Assembly: GCA_964016885.1 (NCBI GenBank) | Contig: OZ024741.1 | Coordinates: forward strand, 118,482,001-118,546,000 | Reading direction: 5' to 3' | DNA length: 64,000 nt | Source: Eledone cirrhosa | Lineage: Eukaryota | In this document: positions 41,801 to 54,502 of the stretch, in pieces | How the letters are laid out: the number at the start of each line of letters is the position of its first letter | How positions within the stretch are numbered: position 1 is the first letter of the stretch | Program-made: the position numbers and the translations under genes | The notes under the pieces: generated by a model | Told to the model about the DNA's origin: nothing | The model's input: the letters and a program-made list of their open reading frames with translations, nothing else | Database searches by the model: none

Positions 41801-43978
41801 ACACGAGATGAGTGAAACAAGTCAGATCAGGTGACCACGTCTTGTTCATACACAACTATTTATAGTTTGTTTTCTACAGTTGGATGCTCTTCTTAATGCC
41901 AACCACATTTACAGTGTGGACTGGGTGCTTTTTATCATGGCACCAAAAACGACCAACTGGCAGGTTGAACGGGGTACTTTTTCATTTCACCAGCATAACC
42001 ACTTGACAGGGTAGACTGAGTGTGTTTTGAAGTTTTACCAGCATGACCACTTTAAACTTAATAGTTAAGGTTTGATAACATTGCTATTTTTTTTTTTTTT
42101 TATTCAACGTGTTATTGAAGAAAACAGTGTTTGTGTTCATCTATGTGTTGTGTTGTAGTTTACTATGACGCAGGGTCTGGGTAAAGCAGTGGTGGTAGGT
42201 AATATAATTAATTTAACTTTACAAACCTCAATAGAATAATTAGATTTTGACATTAACTAAAGAAATAAGTTACTGTGTGACTTGACAATTTGATGGAAAA
42301 AAATGTATTAATTTTGATTGTTTGTGTGTATGTCTTCCATTTTTGCTACTATAAGCAGATTATATAATATGACAGCTAAACATAGAAATAGGCACAGGTA
42401 TGGCTGTGTGGGTAAGGGGTTTGCTTCACAGCCACAAGGTTCTGAGTTCAATCCTGCAGATATAGCGTCTTGTACTATAGCCTCAGATAGGCAAATGATT
42501 TCCAAATGGAATTTTGTAGAAACTGCAGAAATGCTGTGTATGTATGTATGTATGTGTGTATGTGTATATATATGTGTGTCTGTATGAAGGTGCATGGCAT
42601 AGTGGTTAGAGCATCAGGATTACAATCACGAGGTTGTGTGTTCGATTCTTGGACCAGGCTTTGCGTTGTGTTCTTGAGCAAGAGACTTCATTTCACGTTG
42701 CTCCAGTTTACTCGGCTGTAGAAATGAGTTGCAACATCACTAGTGCCAAGCTGTATCGGACATTGCCTTTCCCTGGAACAACATTGGTGGTGTGGAGTGA
42801 GGACACTGGTATTAATGGGTAATTACTGGTCTTTCCACAAATAACCTTGCACAGACTTGTTCCTCGGAAGGGAGCTTTCTAGGTGCAAATCCCATGGTCA
42901 TTCGTACCAAAGAGGGTCTTTACCCTTTTACATTATATATATATATATATATTTGTTTGTTGTTCATACACGGAACAAAAGTGCTACCTAATGTTTCAAG
43001 GCTCAATATTGACATTTTCTCCAGAATAAGAGGGATCTTTATACTTGTATATGTGCCTGAAGATTATGTCACAATTTTGATCCCCCTTACATTCTGGAGA
43101 TGTGGTCAATATTGGGCCTTGAAACCTTAGGTAGCACTTTTGTTCTATGTATGAACATAAATAAATAATATAATATAATGTTTCAGCTCTCTTCCTGATT
43201 GAGCACTATTTTCCTTTTTCATTCCTATGGATATTGCTACACACACACATGCGTGCGTGCACATGTGTGTGTGTTTATGTACTGTAACATAATAATTCAA
43301 CAAAAAAATCAATAAAATAAGTACTGGGGTAGATATGATGATTAAATCAAGGTGTTGCCACAGCATGGCCACTGTTTTACAAATATAAACACACACACAC
43401 ACATATATATATAAACTAAATCCCCAAAATAATGTAAAATCCTATTGTTTTTAATGAAATCTAGTTGAAGACATTTATTTAACTGTGTTGGCTTTTTTTC
43501 CTCCAATCTATTGTTCTGGATGCTTCTTATATATCCTTGCTGTTGCTAATCTGTTCTGTGAAACATCTGTTTTGTTTTAGATGTGGAGTGAAGGAGAAGG
43601 GGCTATTATAAATGTTCTGATAATGCTTTAACTTTGTTTTGTTGGTCTGATATTTATTATTTTGCCTGCTTCTGGTTATTTATTTGCTTTAGAAACTTTC
43701 AAATGAGAGATGAACAACATACACATATGTATGTGTGTGTGTGTGTAAATATAAATACATACACACACACACACACAGTCTCCCTAAAGTCTGGACAGAA
43801 ATGTGGAGTTAAAGCATTAGGGTTTGTGTGAATCTCACAAAGCACATCGAACTTTGCATCACAAATGTTGGCAATTACATTCAAGATATGTTATTTATTA
43901 ATATTTCAACTTAATAAATTGTTGAATTTATTTTTATTGAAAATATGCATTTTGCTTGTGTGTCCAGATTTAGAGACT

Positions 43979-44018
<40 letters not shown>

Positions 44019-45959
44019 TTCAGTTTGTAAAATTGCACTCATATAATGTATTAGTGAATCAAATTCCAATGCTGCAAGATTTTTACATTTTGATTTGTTA
44101 TTTAACAAATACTTGGATTTACAACAATGTTCAGGTGAATACCTGAAAATTGTTGTTCAACATGAAAGTGCTGGAATTGGATATACAGAGTGTCCCAAAA
44201 AAATGTATACACACTTTGATTATCTGTACAGGCAATATTTATTAGAATGCTGTGCTCATATATACATATATAATATATATATATACACACACATATTTAT
44301 GCACTTATATATAACATCATTTTTTTTCATTTGGTATGGCTTTACAGAGCATTACTTTACCGAATGTTCATACAATAGATAAAATTATGATGAAATGGTT
44401 TTAATATAAGTGAGAACTTTCAAAAGTGCAGCCCTGAATCATAAAATCAGTGGTAGTTTTAAACAGGCCAGTATCAGGGAGGGGTGGCCAATACCCATGA
44501 CCCTATATTTTTACAGGGAATGATAGGCAAAGAGGAGGGAGTTTCCTTTAAAGCAGAGGTCGAGCCCCAAAACTTACAATGGAATGGATCTCTGTTAATA
44601 ACACAAAAGACCAGGCAGTCTTGGTGTTAAACAGGGTAATGGATTAAGTCTACTTCTCAGTATTTTTTTTTATTGTAAGTTAATTGGCCTGTTATTCAAT
44701 ATCTGATAAAGCAGGTTAATTTCTGTTGAGAATTGATTGTGGTTTTGTGTGTTTTGTATGTATATATATATTATATATGTATACACACACATATATATAT
44801 GCATGCATATGATATTTTTACATCACGTTTGTTTTTCTCTAAAATTAGTTTGTTAAATTTTCTTCAAATTTAAGGATAAAACTGAGGACATTTCTGAGGA
44901 GACCCTCACAACTGAACAAGTAAGCATTGTAAATTGTTTTGCTGATTGCAAATACCCTCTGGTCAGCAGCTCTTCATCATTCCAATTATGCATGCTGATA
45001 CATTGCAGATGCCTATTCTATCCTGATTGCAAACTGCCTGCAAAGATAGAACAATATCTACTCTCTATTCTTCTCTTAACAGATATCCTCCCATAAACCA
45101 GCCCATGTATGATAAATGAAAGTCTCTCCTTCAAAAGTCAATTAAATCTCTTAGTAATTGAATATGCCATCATTTATGCCACACTAGTCTCATTAATAAT
45201 TATAAAGCATGAATTTCATTTATATTTACTAACAATAATTATATATCATAGTTTGTAAAACCAGAACATGATTGTTTAATTGAGGAAAACATCTTGAGAC
45301 CTTTGTGATGCTAAACAATACCCAACAAGTATTTTAAAACCATTTACCATACTAAAACAGAGATTAACCTTACAAGTTTGATGACAAACTTCATTTTGTC
45401 CTTATCACCTGCATGCCCCATCACCAACCCTCTAGCTTTCATTTCCTCTTCCATCTTTAGTCATGTCTTTCTTGGTCTTCTATTTCCATCCACATTCATT
45501 TCCGTCACTCCTCTCACCCAGACATTTTCATCCTTCCTCAATACATGACCCAATCACCTCATTTGATTTCTCTTCACCATATTTCATTATTTGTCTTCCT
45601 CCCTCTCAGTGATACTCCACTTATCCACTGGACCATTCTTTCCAGCCTTTGCTGTTCCACATTCATCACTCATGTCTAGCTACAATAAATCAAGGCACTA
45701 CTGACATATACAGCATACTACTTTCTCTTCAGTTTCAGTGACACTCCTCGCCTCATTAGCCCACAACTCTAGAACTTTCTAGAACTTCTTCCATGCATAT
45801 CTCCCTTTAGTTACTTATCCATTCAACATATCTTCAAGGTAATAAAATGTCACCTACCATCTTCATTCAATTTCCAATAACAACACCACAGCTATCTATC
45901 TATCTATATGGAAGTAGGAGGATAGATAGATTAATATCTGTACACTCACCTACTTATTC

Positions 45960-46030
<71 letters not shown>

Positions 46031-48425
46031 CAATATTAACCATAAAAACCATAATTTTGATATGATTCATTGTTTTAATTGAACCACTTTGGTTAATGTG
46101 AGAGGAGTTTATCAGTCTCAGTTGATCTTTTTATGAACTGTTAGGTTCTCTGTCTTAGTTCCTAATTGTAGTGTTATCTGTCTCAGAATCTGAGCTGTTA
46201 GGTTCCCTGTTTCAGGTCCTAACTCTAATTTATACAGTATTAAGCAGATAAGACAGGTCACTCCAAGATAAAATGTTAGTCTACTCTAGGTGTCCCTTTT
46301 ATAAAAAGCACACAGTAGAGTATCAATAACAGTTTGAAATGATGACTTTTACACCAGTAAATCCTCATGCCTGTTACTTCCCACTTGTCCATCATGGTTT
46401 GATGAGAAATTTGAAAATAAATGGGTTAATATAGTTGTAGTAATATAATCTTCTTGTCTTCATTGATCAACATAAATTAGAGCTAAGTTGCATTATCTGA
46501 TAATCCTACAATCCTCATGCCTCATTTATTACTAAGTGTTCTCTCTTATTAAATATAATTTGTGTTGCTGTGAAGGTCTTGATTGGGGACAGTAAATTAA
46601 TCAGCAAATTATTCTCGTTAAGCCTCTCTGGTCACTTGTTAATTGGCTAAATGGTTTTTTGTTCCTCTTACTGATGCCAATAACATGGTAGTTGTTGTGT
46701 TCCTCTTGCTAACATGGTAGCTACATGTTTGTTGTGTGGCACTTGCTAACATGGTAGCTACATGTTTGTTGTGTGGCACTTGCTGACATCATCACCACCA
46801 TGGTAGCTACATGTTTGTTGTGTATCACCTCACCATTTATGCCATCTTGTGGCATCCAGTAAGGATTTGGATTGACATGAATTAATTTCATTAAAACCAA
46901 AAGCAGTGGGGCATTTAATATGAGAAAATATATCTAATATAGCAGGAGAAAGCTCTGCTTTTTCATATTAGATATTAGATATATTTTCTCATATTAAACT
47001 CCCCCTATATATATATGTTAAGGCCGAAACACTTGCTTGTGGGTGGGGGTCTTCTTCGAAGACCTTCTGCTGTCCAGCTATCCTGTGAGGTTTTTTTTAC
47101 CACTATATATAATAATCACCATGTCCATTTAAATGATGATATATATATATATATTCATATGCAGCATACTTCACTTTGATTTATTTTATGTTCCTCTTTC
47201 TATTTATCTGTCTATCTACTTATCAGTTTGTTTGATGTCTTTAAGCTACTGAGAGATTTTAAATAACTAATCTGAATAAACTCAACCAGGTGGAGTTTAA
47301 TAAGCTGACCCTATCAGTAACAGCACTATTTCACCATGTCGTGTGTGTGTGCGCGCAGTACAGTAATACAGTTCCTCTCTGTCCTCATCAATCCCTTTAT
47401 TCTATAGCATATCTTCAACACACACATTTCATATCCATCTCTTCCTAAAAACCTTTGCTAAAGACAGAACTTTAAACCATATACAGTACTTTAAACCATA
47501 TTCATCATCGTCATCATCATTTTAAGGTATATTTTTCCATGTTCTCATCTCATGGATTAGAGAAGTTTTCTCAAGTACAGCATTTCTTATCTCTTCATGT
47601 TTCTTTCAAATGTTATCTCCCTTGTGATGTTCACTATCATGAGATCAGCTTTCACTACTTCTGACCAGATCTTTCTTGGTTTTCCTCTTCCACAACTTCC
47701 TTGCAGTTTTACACCCAACAATCATTATCAATATTATCATTAAATTTAAAGTATTAGCAGGGGAATGGATTCAACACAAAAACTTCTCCAGATTAAAAAA
47801 GATTTAATCATATTTGTTTCAGGAATTCATACTTTGGAGATTGGTCTTCCCTTTGTTATAACTTAGTTTATTCTATATTCTATCAGATAAAGTTCTTATA
47901 AATCTATCATCGTTTGGGAACCTGATTGCAAATAATTCTTGCAATTATTTTCCTTGTCTGTTTTAAAAAGGAATTTACTCAATGAAAGTCAATAAAATAA
48001 TCTGCTTTTACAGAAGTGTCACATTAATGAAATCTTCTCATCTTTCTTTTAAAAAACTTTTTTCTTTTCAGCATATGTTTCATTTGAGTTTTCCAGAACC
48101 TTTTATTTGTTAGTGTTATTGTTATTGTTCTTCCTTCTGTGGATATTTGTGCTGTCTGTCTGACCCCCACCACTTCCTTTATTTCTTCATTCCATATATG
48201 TTAGCTTTATTTTCTCTCTTAGTTCCATAAACACATACACATCCATCCCATCATTTTTGGTTTTCTTTCAGAAAGGCGGTGAACTCTTGTCTCTAATTAG
48301 TTGCTGCCAATGTTGACTGTATTTGTAGCAATTGATTGCTATTATATCCAGAAATAATCAGACTGTTTGGACTCGGTGCCAAGATCACATTTGTCTCCGC
48401 CTCTCCCTCTCCCGCTCTCGCTCTT

Positions 48426-48460
<35 letters not shown>

Positions 48461-51400
48461 TGCTTCCGGATTATTGGCTTTGTATGTGTAAAGTTCCTTG
48501 GTACGATACCATTATCTGGTCTGAAACCCATGCAGTTCTGACAGTCACCTGCTGTTAAATAACATTTAAGAAATATTTCAATATGGCTGATGTTTGGGCC
48601 AGTATTGATTGATGGATATTAGTTTAATATTTAAAGAGATCTTAAAATAAGAACTTAACCTCATTTACTTTTGAAAAAAAGATAAGAGAAGGCATCTTAT
48701 TTAGTGTGTTAGGGTTGATAAGAAATTTTACTAGATGAGATATATATCTAGTAAAATTGAAGGTCTTACGTCTAATATGTTAAAACCCTCATTTATTTCT
48801 TCCCAAATGTGAAGTTCATATTTAATATAGAAATGGCTTCTACAGGACTAGAACTGTTTCATTCGGAAAAAATCATCAGGGCTTCCTAATGACTTCTCCC
48901 AAATGAAACAGTTCTAATCCTGTAGAAGCCATTTCTATATAAAATATTTATACTCTATGTATTGAGTACCTTATTTACTGTGGTTACCCCCGATTGAACC
49001 CGGTATAAACTTATATATATATAAATAAATTTTGGAAGAAACGGGGAGCTGTGTAGTTACTTGATAAAGTGTATTTAAAAATAAAAGGAAAGCACAAGCG
49101 GGGGACAATCCCTTCAGTTGTCTGCTGGAGATCACGGACATTTTATATATATATATATATATAGTTCAAGAATAAATGAAACAAACACAGGTGAGAAAAC
49201 AGTCTTATTAGGTTCACACTTGGGAAGAAGTAAATGAGGGCTCCAATATATCAGACGTAAGTCCTTCACGAAATAGCAAAGTTCAGAGAGAGAGAAAGGG
49301 TTAGAAAGGAGTTTAGAAGATTGGAAAAGAAAAAGGTTTTAAGACTGCAGGGGTTGGGGCCAAGATGGGTAGTACATGTGTGCAGATAGTGCATGTCAGG
49401 TGTGTGTGTAGTGCATTTCAGGTGTGTGTGTGTGTGTGCGAACACTCTGTACAGTTGCACTAGTTACAAAGAACTCTAATACTATCACAGAGTGGATAAA
49501 GGTAACTTACATGAATTTCATCTTTCAAATTATCAAAGTTATATATATATATATATATATATATGACTCTATTATGTGTTCCAGCCAACAGGCTGAGGCC
49601 ATGCTGGGGCACTGCCACTGTCTATAACCAGCTTTCCTTGGTTGGCCATTGATGCAAAGGGGAGTTATTTGCACTTCATTTTGCGCTATGAGTTCATCCG
49701 GAATCTTGGTCAGTAGAATGTCGAGATGTCTCTTCAAAACATTTACATGCGCACCATGTAGATCTCTCAGATTTTTTAGCAGCTTATTAAGAAGCTGGGG
49801 TCCCTTGAACTCCAGACTATTGCAGTATGTGATTCTTATTCTTAATGCAATGGATGGGACCTTGGCACTACAGTGTGGCATCCTGTTTGTGGACTGGTCT
49901 TGCTTTCAATGCTGCAGTTTGGTGCTAACCCTTCCAGGATCTTCCATACATATATCACTGCTTATCTCTCTTGTCTTCGCTCCAGGGAGTAAAGCTTCAG
50001 TTTTTTTTCAGCCTCTCCCAGTAGCTTATCTCTTTCACTGAAGCTCCGGATGTTTCAACACCTAGATCCATTCGGATCTAGCTGTCGAAACGGCTGGAGC
50101 TCAGCCATCAAGATCCTGAATCTTTTACCCATTCTACTACCCCAAGTATCAATTACTCTGGTGGGTTATGGTTCACCTGGTATCTTACCACACCCTCTCT
50201 GATATATATATATATATATATATATTCAAAACTGAAACTTTTTTTTTTTTAGTTATAAATATGATAGTTGGTTATAATATCTATATATAAAATATTTCTA
50301 GCTCCTTTGCTTACCTGCATGTGCTTGTATCTTCTTCTCTAAAAGAACAATATCAGTATAAACCATTTTTTCTTGTATTTCAGTCGTCTCAAATCAGAAA
50401 AAAAAAAACAGTGACGGTACTTTATTCAATATTATTTTTTTGTTCTTTTTTAATCTTTGGTTGGTTTTCTTTTTTTTCTGCACCTGTCTTGGATTCTTTT
50501 AACAATTCCAATAATCTCTAGATTGCTTTTGAAATATACTTATGGTTTTATTGTTTTGTTAATTTAATACATGTTTTTAAACATGGTTATTGTTAACCAA
50601 TAACATTTTTTTTCATGGAAGGGTCATTTTAGTCATTGAAAACATTAACTCACAAAAACTATTTTCCACTGCAGTTTACATCAGTAGAACTGTGACCAGG
50701 ACCAGGTCACCAACTGTAATAACAAAAATAAATAAATTTAACTGTCAGTGACCAAGTCACAAATATTGTGATGAAAATTTTGACAGCAAGAAATATGTGT
50801 AAAGTGAAATAAAGTTTTTTGTGTGTTTTTGAATGGCTAAAATAACTCTTCCATGATGTAATAGTTTTAGTTTCAACAGTTTTTTTGGATTGAGTCACTT
50901 GCCAAAGAAGTACAACTGTGGCTAAAATGACTTGTTTTATGTAATTATTTTAGTTTCAACATACGGTCTCAGATCAAGTCATCTGCCTGACATATACAGC
51001 TCTGAAATATTACTTGCAAAATCTTTTTACCAAACTAAAATGGTCATATTTGCTTCTGTATTCTGCAGTCTGATGGCTTCTCGCCTTCTTTAGGCAGGCT
51101 CTGCTTCAAATCTCCTTCTCTCTCTTTCCAAAAGCTTTTTTCCATTCTATATTTGGATGCATTTTTTTTTTTTTACCATCAACAGTTTCCAGTTTATGTG
51201 TATGGGTATATACCCATGCACATAATCTTTGAAGTTGCAATTATAATGGCGTGTGTGTGTGTGTTATGTGTCTTTCACATGTGCTGCTGCCCTCTATTGG
51301 AATTTGAAGTGAAGCAGTATTTTCTTCTTTTTATTGATATTATTGATTGATTTCTTTAACAAAAAAAACTACATTTTAGATTCCTTTCATTTCATTCGTA

Positions 51401-54400
51401 TATGTGTGTGTATGTATGTGTCTAGGCTATATAAGGGAGTACTGAGATAACTAGATCAAAACCTTTAATATATGTGTGTGTATTCTACATACATACTTTT
51501 CTGCTATAAGCAGTTATGAAAATATTTCTAAAGATGTGATAAGTCATTATTAGAGAAGACATACAAATTAATTACAGTAATCAAAGTACAGGTAGAACAG
51601 TGGAGCACTGAGAAGAGTTTTTTTTTTTTTTAGATTCTTGGTTAACTGGTAAAACAAAAGAAAATATAGCTCAGTGGGTAGGGGGTAATGTTGTATAAAC
51701 TCTCGGATATCTAAGGCTAATATGAAGTTTGATAAATTTGAAAGATAGAAACTAAAGAGATGCTATCAAACCCAAGCTGTTGGTCTGACTGATGTTAAAA
51801 CTAGGAAATACATCAAAATCAGCCTATTAAAAAAACAAGAAACACATAATTGGTACTTTTTTTTTTTCCATTTTAATTTTTGTCTTTTCTATCTCTTCTC
51901 ATAAATAGCCTCTTTTTTTTATTTAGTCATCATAGGGCAGTGGATTGCAGTATCGGTAGAGCGTCGAACAACATGCTTCACGGCATAGTTATATCTGTTT
52001 ACATTATGAGTTGCAAACCTGCTGAGGTTAGTTTAGCCATTCAGCCATATGGGGTCAATAAAATAATGTACCAGTAACACACTGGGGTTGATTTAATCAA
52101 TTTTCCTCTCCCCCAAAACTGTTGACCTTATGCCTAAGTCAGAAACTATCATTTAGTCACCATTATTTTATGGCTACTTTCTATTCTGGCATGGGTTGAA
52201 TGGCTCATCATGGTTCATGTCAATTCTTACTTGGAATTACTGATCTCCTAGAAAAATCAGAGGACCACATATTACTGATACGATCCCAATTTTGGCTTGG
52301 TTTTCTAGTTGGATGCTCTTCCTAACACCAACCACATTACACAGTGTACTAGGTGCAATTTATCATTGCACAAACTCTAGAGAAGTGATGGCTATTTATG
52401 GTCATAATTTGTTTGCTTAACCCTTTAGCATTCAAAGCGACAAAAACCGACAAGATTATGTCCCCTTTCATTTATTCAAACCGACATTTAATACCACACG
52501 GAGATTTCCTTCTAAAAATAAACATTGACATCATCGAAATCTCGTCAATTCGAGATTACGCGCGAAAATTAACTCTTAGTATAGTTAAAGAACTTGCGAT
52601 AACACGTGTTTTTAATGTTGAAAGTGTAACATGGCTTCCGAAAGTAGCGACAACGAATTTGATGGTTTTACGTCCGACGACATTCGAGATCAAAAAGAAA
52701 CAGAAGATAATATCAGTGATTTATCTTCAAACGAATCAGATATATTTATTTCTGATATATCTGATAATGATGATAGTTACTTTGAAAGTGAAAGAGAAGA
52801 TTTGACTGACACCATTGAAAAAACAGCAATGTGGTTGAAAGAAACATCGATACATGTTTCGGATTTTACTGAAAATATTGGACCACAACACACATTACCA
52901 CCCGAATCTAAAGCACTGAATTATTATTTTTTATTTATACCACAATCTTTCTTCGAAGTTGTGGCAAATCGCTATGCACAACAACAAATTTCTAATATCG
53001 GAAAACCCGATCTGTTATGGCGTCCGACAGATTCTGCCGAAATGAAATGTTTTTTACCATAAATATTATGTTTGGTATTAAACAATTTCTACGACTGTGG
53101 AATTATTGGAGTACTGATATAAGGTTTGGTGACCCTTATATATCTAGTATTATGGCAAAAACGAGATTCATTAAATTAAACCAGTATTTGCATCTGGTTG
53201 ATACTTCAAATGCCCCTGGTAGAAATGAATTAAATTACGACCCACTGTACAAAGTACGACCATTAATTGAAATATTGTCAGAAAAATTTAAAAGTGTGTA
53301 TAAACTTATATATTGGGAACTTTCTGTTACGTAATTTTACACCGTACATTTACAGAGTACATTGCCAATATTATTTTCACTGGTGAAAAGGTTTTATACA
53401 TTTTTTTCAATGAAAATATTTTATACATTTTTTTCAATGAAAATATTTGCCTGGAATGTAGAGAAAGACTAAAACCGTGTACTGATTACACCTGCATTTT
53501 TAATTAATTCACCTGTTCAGAAAACTGCTAGAATTGATGGAAATCAGCATCTAGGTCATTATTGGATTTTTTTGCAACAAATCTAACAGATAAGGCAGAT
53601 AAAGTTTTAATTTTTGTGTTTATCTATAAAGTTATTACTTTTACACCTGTTAATTAATTTCACCTGCCCATAAAAGTCAAATTTAACAAAAAAAAATCAG
53701 GCAAAAATATATAATTGTATATTATAGTTATTTAAACATCTACTGACAAAATTTCAAGTCTGCACATAGAAAATTAAAGTAATTACAAACAAGTAAAATT
53801 GATAACCCTCTTGAGTATAATTAGGTGAAAATAATGCGAATAGATGAACATGACATTTGACAATTCAATGTGAATGCTAAAGGGTTAAAGGATAGGGTGT
53901 TTGTAAGGTTTCGAGTTTGATTTCCAATTCCAAGACACTTTATTTCATGTTGCTTCAGTCCACTCAGATGGTAAAAATGAGTTGTACTTGTGTTTCAAAG
54001 AGCCAGCCTTACCACACACTGTCATGCTGAATTTTTTTCTTAGAACTATGTTAAGGGTAGATGTGTCTGTGGAATGCTCAGCCACTTGCGCATTAATTTC
54101 ATGAGTAGGCTGCCTCATCAATCAAACAACAAAAATACTCACCACTGTGACCAATGAAAGTGTCACCAACACAACATGGTCATGTTACAAAATTTGATGA
54201 TCCCAAAACAGTTAAATCTCTAAAGCTTACTATATACATATTATTTATCAGTTTTGGTTATTAATAAACTGTTCTGGTTCTAATTGGTTGTGCCGTCTTT
54301 TGAAGAGAATTTCAAATGTTATCTTGAATGTTCTGCCACTAACTAGTTGGTGTGGTTTATATACATATTTATTTTTATACATACGTGTGTATATATATAT

Positions 54401-54444
54401 ATATACACACACACACATTTTTATATGTACATATTTATTTTTAT

Positions 54445-54502
<58 letters not shown>

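Noticed and set aside
43581-43631. Good acceptor followed by [16 protein letters not shown]
   Set aside because: No convincing donor, poly(A) signal or homology; cannot be supported as a terminal exon.
52631-53334. Two ORFs as a domesticated PGBD host gene
   Set aside because: Frameshifted, no catalytic DDD region, and still enclosed by TIRs and TSDs.
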